Positions 54,581 through 64,000 of a stretch of DNA of 64,000 nt are shown here, piece after piece. The stretch comes from Eledone cirrhosa (lineage: Eukaryota). Made by a program: the position numbers and the translations under genes. Every line of letters starts with the position of its first letter. Within the stretch, counting starts at the first letter, position 1. A model generated the notes under the pieces. It did not search any database and had not been told where the DNA came from. It was given only the letters and a program-made list of their open reading frames with translations. The stretch spans positions 46,996,001-47,060,000 of the forward strand of contig OZ024741.1 in assembly GCA_964016885.1 (NCBI GenBank). Reading direction: 5' to 3'.

Positions 54581-55630
54581 TCAATGATACCCCCCAGATT
54601 TCTGTGCTTCTGTAACAGAATCATTAAAAGCCTGCCCCAATGTTCCGGGTCTAACTTTGCTAATCGCGCTTTTATTGAATGTTGAGATAAAACTTGTCGG
54701 ATTTGGAAACCTGTTCACCATCTCTACCATACTTTCCGAAATTCCAAAGCCTATCTGATTGAGATCTATATCTGGATCCTCATCAACTTGTCCTTCCTCA
54801 GCATAAAAGAAGACTTTGTGCGGTTTGGATCTATGAGCCACTCTGAATGCGAGCGCGTCAACCAGACCAGATTCAACATGTCCTGGCTCTATATTTCGGG
54901 AATGAACAAATCTTTTATCCTTGCTGAGGCAACCTATCATTCCGAAGAATGTGTGTAGATAGGGATTGGAGCCTGCTGAGAAAACACATTTTTTTATCAA
55001 GCCGAGAGATTTTTGATAAGGGAAGATTTCAGTATTAGCTGCCCCTGTATTCAGGGCTTTCAATACTCTCAACATTTCTGTAGCACCAGCCTCATTGATT
55101 ACGATACAGATCATATCTTCAAGCCTCAATTGGAGTGTTTTTCTGAAATGGTCGAGGACTTCTACTATGTGCATGCCCTCAAATCTGGTAAGAATTGTCC
55201 CTCTTCTCAAAAGGGATAGTTCATGATCCTCATGTTGAAATAGGAAATAATCCACGGAAGCCATAATCTGAAAGATTTGGTCATTTTTGACTATATGAGC
55301 TAGTGGTCCATTTATTAACATGTCGTGCATATACCGATATGGGTGCGTCATTCTATAATTGTTGAAATCCTTGACTAGATGTTGTTTGTAGTCACCCACT
55401 TCCAGGCTGGTGCCTGCATTTTCAACTTTGTACATGGTGACAATGTAAAGAAGAAGACCATGGTGATTACTGGGTGTTGAATCGGCCGCAGTTGGGGTCA
55501 GGAAGCTAGAGTCTTCATTAATTACAAAAAAATCGGCAGGACCCACTGACTGTCTTGTCTTCAAGAAATCGTATTGGAGCAAATCCTTATTAATATCAAA
55601 CATTAAGTACTTCTGGCAATATCGGACCAT
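54581..55630 (-). CDS. Endogenous rhabdovirus-like nucleoprotein (N), N-terminally incomplete
   Basis: By-eye match to VSV N as recalled: IMASVDYFLFQHEDHELSLLRRGTILTRF vs IVAAVDMFFHMFKKHECASFRYGTIVSRF; FPYQKSLGLIKKCVFSAGSNPYLH vs MPYLIDFGLSSKSPYSSVKNPAFH; VRPGTLG vs LREKTIG. Confidence 0.87.
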   Translation of the reverse strand: MVRYCQKYLMFDINKDLLQYDFLKTRQSVGPADFFVINEDSSFLTPTAADSTPSNHHGLLLYIVTMYKVENAGTSLEVGDYKQHLVKDFNNYRMTHPYRYMHDMLINGPLAHIVKNDQIFQIMASVDYFLFQHEDHELSLLRRGTILTRFEGMHIVEVLDHFRKTLQLRLEDMICIVINEAGATEMLRVLKALNTGAANTEIFPYQKSLGLIKKCVFSAGSNPYLHTFFGMIGCLSKDKRFVHSRNIEPGHVESGLVDALAFRVAHRSKPHKVFFYAEEGQVDEDPDIDLNQIGFGISESMVEMVNRFPNPTSFISTFNKSAISKVRPGTLGQAFNDSVTEAQKSGGYH

Positions 55631-55909
55631 AAAATGTAGGATATGCTTTGGAAGAATCTCCTGTGTATTGGATTTTGCAGCACCGTCTATATTTAGACTA
55701 TGTTAGCTGCACCCTTCTTTTTTTTTTTGCCTCTGTGTTTCTGCTTTTTCTTTGCCTTGTTTTTTATGCATGCATGTTTTTTTTTTTTAACATTTTTCAA
55801 ATCCTTATTCTGGATTCAACGTTTGGTAGAGCGAATAGCTCCCCCTTGTTGCATTGTTCACCATCTTACTCCACATGTGAGTAATGACATCGATTTTCGA
55901 TGATTTGAA

Positions 55910-57400
55910 AATCTGGCAGGCAGTACTGTAGTAAGACGCCTCACGCCAGGATAATAGAACAACCCTAGTTATCTCCCGCTGGTTGAAAACACGAGAAGTA
56001 AACAGACAGCCACGAGAAAGCAGACTGATCACACGCCAGAAAACAGCCTCTGTACCACGCCACAGAAAGGGAACAGCAAACAATAAACCCCACAATACTT
56101 TTGTAATGGTAATACGTTCCTTTCACCACAACTGACCATGTCAACATTTGGTACGTTCCATTTGTAGTATAAATAAATCACCATTATTTACAATTGTTGA
56201 CTTTAACTCTCGTTGTGGTTATTGTCTTGTTTGCGCACACACTCACTCACTTTGTTATAATTCTCACAAACACAAAATGGTAAATAGACGAGGGACCTTC
56301 CCTCACGTCTATGTCAATAAACTATCCAACTAGGATACATTACATTTTACCACATTTTTTCTGTAGAAGTCTTCTCTATATGTGGTGTTTAGCATGAATT
56401 CCTCCTGTAATACTCTTCTTTGAGAGGAGCACGATATGTAAAGTAACATATATGTATTGTCGCAGTGGAAACTGAGAACCACCTCCTCTCCTGCTGACCC
56501 AAATGTATACTGAAGACCAGAACACCACTTTCCACAATATAAGAGAAGAATGCGGTTGCCGGAATATTGATGACCAAAACATCACAATCCAAGGTCATGG
56601 CAAAACACAGTGACTGGTAAACACGACCTAAACATCACAACATGGACATCGGAACAACAGAGATCTAGGAATATCAGATATAATATCAATAAGAGCATCA
56701 ATTGAATTTTTATCGCGTTGAAATACATTTAAATATGTGTCTGTGTGTATCAGACACACGTACACACGAAGAAACTGGTGACCTAAATGTACTTGTCATG
56801 CCTGACCGAATTCCCAGGAGAATTTTCGGTCAGTTGCTATCTTGACTGCTTGCCCTCACAGTTACTACGTAGCAGTTCTTGCACGTGACTGCTAGACCCG
56901 GATGAAACGAAGACGAAGAATTTCCTTGCGTACCGTTATTTACCACAGATGCGATTTCACTCTGCCTCATTAATGTTCAATCAACACCAAAGTTCTATGT
57001 TCTGGGCAATAGATTTGAATCCAATCACCGATAACATAGTTGGATGACCGATAATCAAACCGAACCGGAGTACTGTGATCCTTGTGATTTTGAGAAATAC
57101 AACCATTGATAGTGTATCGAAGACCAGAAAACCATACTCCATAATATAGAACCAAGTGACTGATTTATGCGACCATAATAACACTACACACATATTGGGT
57201 CAGCAACGAACTAGGAATATTGGATGCTCCGTCAATGACCGGGTAAGCACAAATAGAATTCTATTTGCATTGAAATATACGAACTTGCGAATCTGTTGTG
57301 AGGTCGAACGCAAACACACACGACCGCACAGATAAGCGATGGACTATGCTCTATGGGTTGGACTTGCAAGTGCATTGAAAGATGTGTAACTCGAGTATAC
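55910..57400 (+). mobile_element. Two ancient, decayed RTE-like RT remnants (~55910-56940 and ~56940-57400)
   Basis: Segments are homologous (GAAGACCAGAA.ACCA at ~56512 and ~57119; CTAGGAATAT in both); relic motifs LFAHT (FADD position), FYVLG, MPDRIPRRIFGQL, MLYGL. Confidence 0.45.
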
Positions 57401-57488
57401 ATATTATTTATTATTAAGATGTATAAACTTGACACACTTATTATCATCTTATATTCTCTCAACTAATCACATTATGATTATATTTCTC

Positions 57489-57673
57489 GGGTGGTGGATT
57501 GGCAGTATCGGTAGAGGGTCGGACGTCATGCTTTCCAGCATAGTTACGTCCCTTTACGATCTGAGTTCAAATCCCGCCGAGGTTGACTTTGCCTTTCATC
57601 CTTACGGGGTCGATAAAATAAAGTACCAATAATGCACTGTGTAATTGCTGGCCTTGTGCCTAAAGTAGAAACA
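57489..57673 (+). mobile_element. tRNA-derived SINE with 18-bp TSD
   Basis: TSD ATTATGATTATATTTCTC at 57471-57488 and 57674-57691; A box TGGCAGTATCGG, B box GTTCAAATCC. Confidence 0.9.
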
Positions 57674-57753
57674 ATTATGATTATATTTCTCTCTCCCGTT
57701 TTCTCCTCCCATATTTATAATATTTTTATTTAACAAAATCTGTTTTTTTACAT

Positions 57754-58492
57754 TGTGTTTTTCCCTTTCTGATACTTGCTTATATTTTTTATATATTCTC
57801 TATATATTTTTTATATATTTTTTTATTTTTACTTTTATTCTCATTTTTATCCTCCCTATATTTTATTTTATTCTTACTTTTATATCTTATTATAGTGTAA
57901 TCTTCCCTATGCCTTATTATACATTATTAACGATAAATTATTATTATTATTATTCCATTTCTAATTACCTCATGTACTTTCTCCTCCGTTATATATATAT
58001 TATATGCCCTTTGTGTGTGGTGTGTAGCCTCTGCACACCCTCTGCACCCTACTATCAATGCCACCCCATCTATGGCTCCACTAACCACTCGACTCCCGGG
58101 AATGAATATGACCACAGCTAGTAAACAAGGACCCACACCCCACTCTTCCACACCTAAATTAGAATTATTGTCTCCTGCTTTTGCTCTTTACTCTCTTTAC
58201 TCTTTGTTCTTGAATGTTTGGTTGGTAGAGTCCATAACACCAATCAAAACCCTTTTATAGCTCTGAAGAATCCTACGGTTACGTAAGGAAGAAACATTGT
58301 AAGCCAATAAAAAATGTTTGATGTTGTAGACGCTCTTGTGTTCTTTATCATATATACGGCTCTGCTCCAAAGCATTGAGCTTATTATTATACTGCCAATA
58401 CTTTAATGGGACATGGGTATACAATGCCTAACCTAAGTATATATATATATATACTATATACATATATATATACTATATACATATATATAGAG

Positions 58493-58531
<39 letters not shown>

Positions 58532-58537
58532 TATATA
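57754..58537 (+). repeat. HHR-bearing PLE pseudo-LTR-like repeat, copy 2
   Basis: Direct repeat of 53217-53957 with a few indels, e.g. a 20-bp segment missing from copy 1. Confidence 0.85.
58253..58312 (+). ncRNA. Type I hammerhead ribozyme
   Basis: As 53659-53718 with one loop II change (GGUUAC). Confidence 0.8.
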
Positions 58538-58577
58538 CATATATATATATATACAGTATATACATATATATATACAG

Positions 58578-58642
<65 letters not shown>

Positions 58643-58659
58643 ATATATATATATATACA

Positions 58660-60151
58660 ACGAATATAGTGAAGAGTTTAGCGTAAAAGTTGGCGTCCAT
58701 CAGGGCTCTGTTCTCAGCCCCCTACTATTTATTATTGCCCTTCAGGCTATAACAGAGGAGTTCAAGACCGGCTGCCCATGGGAACTCCTATACGCAGACG
58801 ACCTGACACTCATAGCGGAATCAATGGTTGAGCTAGAGAAGAAATTCCAAACATGGAAGCACGGCCTAGAATCAAAAGGCCTTAAAATTAACCTGGCTAA
58901 GACTAAAGTTCTAGTTTGTAGGAAAGAAAATAAGGCGGCGGTCCCTTCTGGGAAATGGTCGTGCTCGGTGTGTAGGAAAGGCGTAGGTAGAAACTCCATT
59001 TTATGTCCTAAATGCAAAGTATGGGTGCATAAAAGATGTAGTGGGATCACAGGTAAGCTAACTAAGAACATAGATTTTACATGTGGCCGGTGCTCTGGTG
59101 CAATAAGTAGCAGCAAGTGCCCACAAAATACTAGCTCTTTCAATTGCGCAGAGGGTTCTATAGAAATAGTGGACAGTTTCCGTTACCTGGGTGATAAAAT
59201 CAGCAGTGGGGGGAGGGTGCTCTGAAAGTACAGTAGCTAGAGTCAGAACTGGTTGGAAAAAGTTCAGAGAGCTTATACCACTATTAGCTGCTAAAGGGTT
59301 CTCCATAAAAATGAAAGGCAGGTTGTACGATGCCTGCATACGAACAGCAATGTTGCATGGCAGTGAGACCTGGGCATTGTGTGCAGAGGATATACGCAGT
59401 CTAGAGAGGAACGAAGCTTGCATGCTCCGCTGGATGTGTAACAGTAATATACGTGAACGGCAAAGCATAAACGAACTAAGGAAAAAATTAGAAATAAGAG
59501 GGATCAGATGTTGTTTACTCGAGAGAAGGCTACGTTGGTATGGACACGTGATGCGCATGAAAGTCGATAGCTGTATAACAAAGTGCAGGGCAATAAAGAT
59601 AGACGGTAGCCACGGAATAGGCAGACCTAGAAAAACCTGGGAGGAGCTGATAAACTCCGACCTCACACACTTACACCTCTCCAAGACAATGTCACTGGAC
59701 CGAGACCTTTGGCGGTACTCAGTAACAGAGAAGACCTGCCTTACCTAAATACATAGTAAAAACTACTACAGCCAGTAGGCATCTCTAACAAAATACCCCC
59801 CCCCCCCCGTCCCACCACCCCCATCCCATCCACGCCACCCCGTTCTATGTAAAGTTGTGTTGGTGCCACACCATCCAGGCCGAAACAAATGAGATCGTGT
59901 AGGTGTCACGACAAAAAAACACACAGTCCACGCTGTAATGTGGCCGTGTAGGCAACACGGTAAAAACCTCCCAGACCCACACTGTAAATGTGGTTGGTGT
60001 TAGGAAGGGCATCCAACTGTAGAAAACCTGCCAGACAGTCCTATGCGAGCAAGACAATCACTCTTGCCTCAAGTGGGACTACCCCCGTCCAAACCCAAGC
60101 AAGCGTGGAACACGGACGTTAAACGTTGATGATGATGATGATGATGATGAT
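58660..60151 (+). mobile_element. RTE-clade LINE, 5'-truncated
   Basis: GVHQGSVLSPLLF, LLYADD, KINLAKTK, Cys/His insert, FRYLGD, HGSETW, RLRWYGHV; (GAT)n tail; 3' end partly repeated at 60309-60507. Confidence 0.92.
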
Positions 60152-60229
60152 ATACATGTATATATATATATATATATACATGTATATATATATATATACA
60201 CATGCATATATATATATATACACATGCAT

Positions 60230-60261
<32 letters not shown>

Positions 60262-60509
60262 GTATATATATACATATACACACATGTATATATATATATA
60301 CATATACAAATGTGGCCGTGTAGGCAACACGGTAAAAACCTCCCAGACCCACACTGTAAATGTGGTTGGTGTTAGGAAGGGCATCCAACTGTAGAAAACC
60401 TGCCAGACAGTCCTATGTGAGCAAGACAATCACGCTTGCCTCAAGTGGGAATACCCCCGTCCAAACCCATGCAAGCGTGGAACACGGACGTTAAATGTTG
60501 ATGATGACA

Positions 60510-61483
<974 letters not shown>

Positions 61484-62389
61484 AGGAGATCTAAATGCGG
61501 TATTTTTTCACATTTTCCTTTTTCGAAACTTATTTGGATTTTAAGGTTTAAACCTGTCTACGGAACAGGTTTGATTTTGAAATTTCAATTTGTCCAAGCA
61601 CCACGGCCATTTGCCAATATGCTTTGTTTTTATTGATTTATTATTTTAAATCGAGACAGGCAAACTGTATTATTATAATTTGTATTTTTCAATCTAGCTA
61701 ACTTAGTCATTTACAATACAAACACGGATATGTTGGTATTTGTGTTTATCAAATATATTAATTTATATTAACTTGTATTACACGGCTCAGAAATACTTCT
61801 TTCTTTGAACTATTTCATTGTAAAGGACTGCCTGAGTTTTGAACTCATTATTAATAGTATCACTGCTCCTTATGTAGAGCTAACTTTAGCCCCATATAAA
61901 CGGCTGTTATTTCTAGCAGCACGAGTATGCGGCAGCTAGACACTGGATAACCATGTGTGAAAAACCATGTGCGTTAAACAATCTTTTTAAATATTTTGAA
62001 GTGAAACATACCAATTTTTCTGGTGCTTGCTGAGGAGATCTCAATGCGGTATTTTTTCACTTTTTCATTTTTCGAAACTTATTTGGATTTTAAGGTTTAA
62101 ACCTGTCTACAGAACAGGTTTGATTTTGAAATTTAAATTTGCCAATATGCTTTGTTTTTATTGATTTATTATTTTAAATTGAGACAAGCAAACTGTATTA
62201 TTATAATTAGTATTTTTCAATCTAGCTAACTTGGTCATTTACAATATAAACACGGATATGTTGGTATTCGTGTTTATCAAATATATTAATTTATATTAAC
62301 TTGTATTACACAGCTCAGAAATACTTCTTTCTTTGAGCTATTTCATTGTAAAGGACTGCCTGAGTTTTGAACTCATTATTAATAGTATA
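61484..62389. repeat. Unclassified ~360-380-bp direct repeat pair (61484-61860, 62033-62389)
   Basis: Both start AGGAGATCT.AATGCGGTATTTTTTCAC and end CTCATTATTAATAGTAT. Confidence 0.85.
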
Positions 62390-62412
62390 TATACAGTATA
62401 TACATATATACA

Positions 62413-62452
<40 letters not shown>

Positions 62453-62484
62453 TATATACATATATACAGTATATACATATATAC

Positions 62485-62522
<38 letters not shown>

Positions 62523-62524
62523 TA

Positions 62525-63796
62525 CAGGGTGGGGCATAATTCCTGTTACAAAGTTTTAAGTCAATTTCAAAATACATTATGCTGCTAATATAACTAATAT
62601 ATTTGTATCAAATTCATGCACTATAAACATATTAACTATTTTTCAGAACATTACTCCATTAACAATTTGCAATGTCCATAGAATTGAAAAGAAAGTTTAT
62701 AATAGCGAAGCATGAAAAAGGCCTGACTCCACCCGAGATATTTAAACTGGGGAAAATTCTTAAGATCAATAGAATGTTGATCAAAAGGACAATCGATCGA
62801 TTTAAGGAAACTTCCTCGACCAAAGACAGACCTCAATCCGAACGCCCTCGCACCTCAAGAAAATCAAAACTCATTAAAAGTGTGAGGGAAAAAATAAGGC
62901 AAAATCCAAGAAGGTCCATGAGAAAAATGGCAGAAGAAGCCGAAACATCGCCGAGAACTATGCGGAGGATATGTGGATGTCACCCTATAAGTTCCAAAAG
63001 AAGCAGCTTCTTTCTGCAGCCTCAATTGAAAAGAGGCTCTCCAGAAGTAAACTGTTATTGAACCGTATCAAGGATGGCACGCTGCAAAACATCATCTTTA
63101 TAGATGAGAAGTTATTCACTGTGCACCAATCTCACAATCATCAAAATGATGGAGTACTTGCAAAAAGTCTCAAATCAATTCCTTCAAGTGTAGAAAAAGT
63201 GTTCAGAACAAAGAAACCAGCATCAGTGATGCTTTAGGCAGCCATTTCTGAAAGAGGGAAGTCTCCTCTGATTTTTGTGCCTCAATGAGTTAAAATTAAC
63301 AAATAACTTTACATGAAGGATATTTTGGAGGGAGCACTGATGCCATGTTTATGGCGATGACATTTGGACTCTCCAACAAGATGGAGCAATGAGCCACACT
63401 GCTCGCGTAACACAATAGTGGTGTAGAGATCATTGTCCTGCATGGATCAGTAAGAAGAGTGGCCTCCCACATCACCAGATCTCAACCCTCTCAATTTTTC
63501 TTTATGGTCAATTCTTGAGAGTGAAGCCTGCTTTACTCCTAGCCAAAATATTGAAACTCTAAAATCAAAACTGAATGGGAGAAAATACCCATGGAAACTG
63601 TTTGTGCAGCCATCGAAGACTTTCCTAGAAGACTTCGAGCGGTAGTGAGAGCTAGAGGAAAGCATTTCGAATACATTTTTGGGCAGTTGTTTAATAGTAT
63701 ATTACTTATTATTTGTTGAAGTCAGATCTTGAAATAAATGTTTTTTTCAAGAACTATTTACATTTTATTTTGTAACAGTTTTTATGCCCCGCCCTG
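62525..63796 (+). mobile_element. Tc1/mariner-superfamily transposon (DD37D/maT-like), decayed transposase from 62672
   Basis: TA TSDs; TIRs CAGGGTGGGGCATAA...TGTTACAAA / TTTGTAACA...TTATGCCCCGCCCTG; FIDEKLFTV, QQDGA, WPPTSPDLNPL. Confidence 0.9.
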
Positions 63797-64000
63797 TATA
63801 TATATATATATATATATATACAGTATATACATATATACAGTATATACATATATACAGTATATACATATCTCCCCACCCTTATTCCTTTTGCCTTTGACCG
63901 CCCCCTTACCCCCACACTTTTCCCCCACTAACACCACTAACACACCCCTCCTTTTCACCGCCCACCCCACAACTAACAATACTAACACTTCCACTCCACC

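Noticed and set aside
56070-56100. YCGVYCLLF on minus as a Polinton/adenoviral protease motif
   Set aside because: Short isolated match with no catalytic His/Asp context or long ORF
56389-57193. Paralogous small minus-strand ORFs (LYCGKWCSGLQYT / LYYGVWFSGLRYT) as duplicated viral accessory genes or CUB-like domains
   Set aside because: Stops in all frames, no viral start/stop signals and upstream of N; the opposite strand fits decayed RTE RT motifs better, though this is not certain

Overview
AT-rich, (TA)n/(CA)n-riddled animal DNA with no recognisable host gene. The SINE/RTE tails and repeat repertoire suggest a cephalopod such as octopus (inference). The window is a nested pile of mobile elements. 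Penelope-like elements (PLEs) dominate: several Naiad-type families, including one intact 813-aa RT+GIY-YIG ORF in a ~6.4-kb tandem, and one Neptune-type tandem. Also present are a CsRn1-type Gypsy 5' half, a CR1-group LINE, RTE LINE fragments, tRNA SINEs, a Helitron, three piggyBac copies and a Tc1/mariner. Reading by eye found 11 hammerhead ribozyme (HHR) motifs in PLE termini, some with very long stem II and three with a CCGAAGA core. The standout is an endogenous rhabdovirus-like element at ~54.2-55.7 kb: a 349-aa nucleoprotein ORF, an intact gene-end/CT/gene-start junction and the start of a P-like gene. It lies between two ~0.75-kb direct repeats that each carry an HHR. A + strand transcript would be cut into a ~4.6-kb ribozyme-bounded RNA antisense to the viral mRNAs. 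All family calls come from motif recognition by eye; no searches were run.
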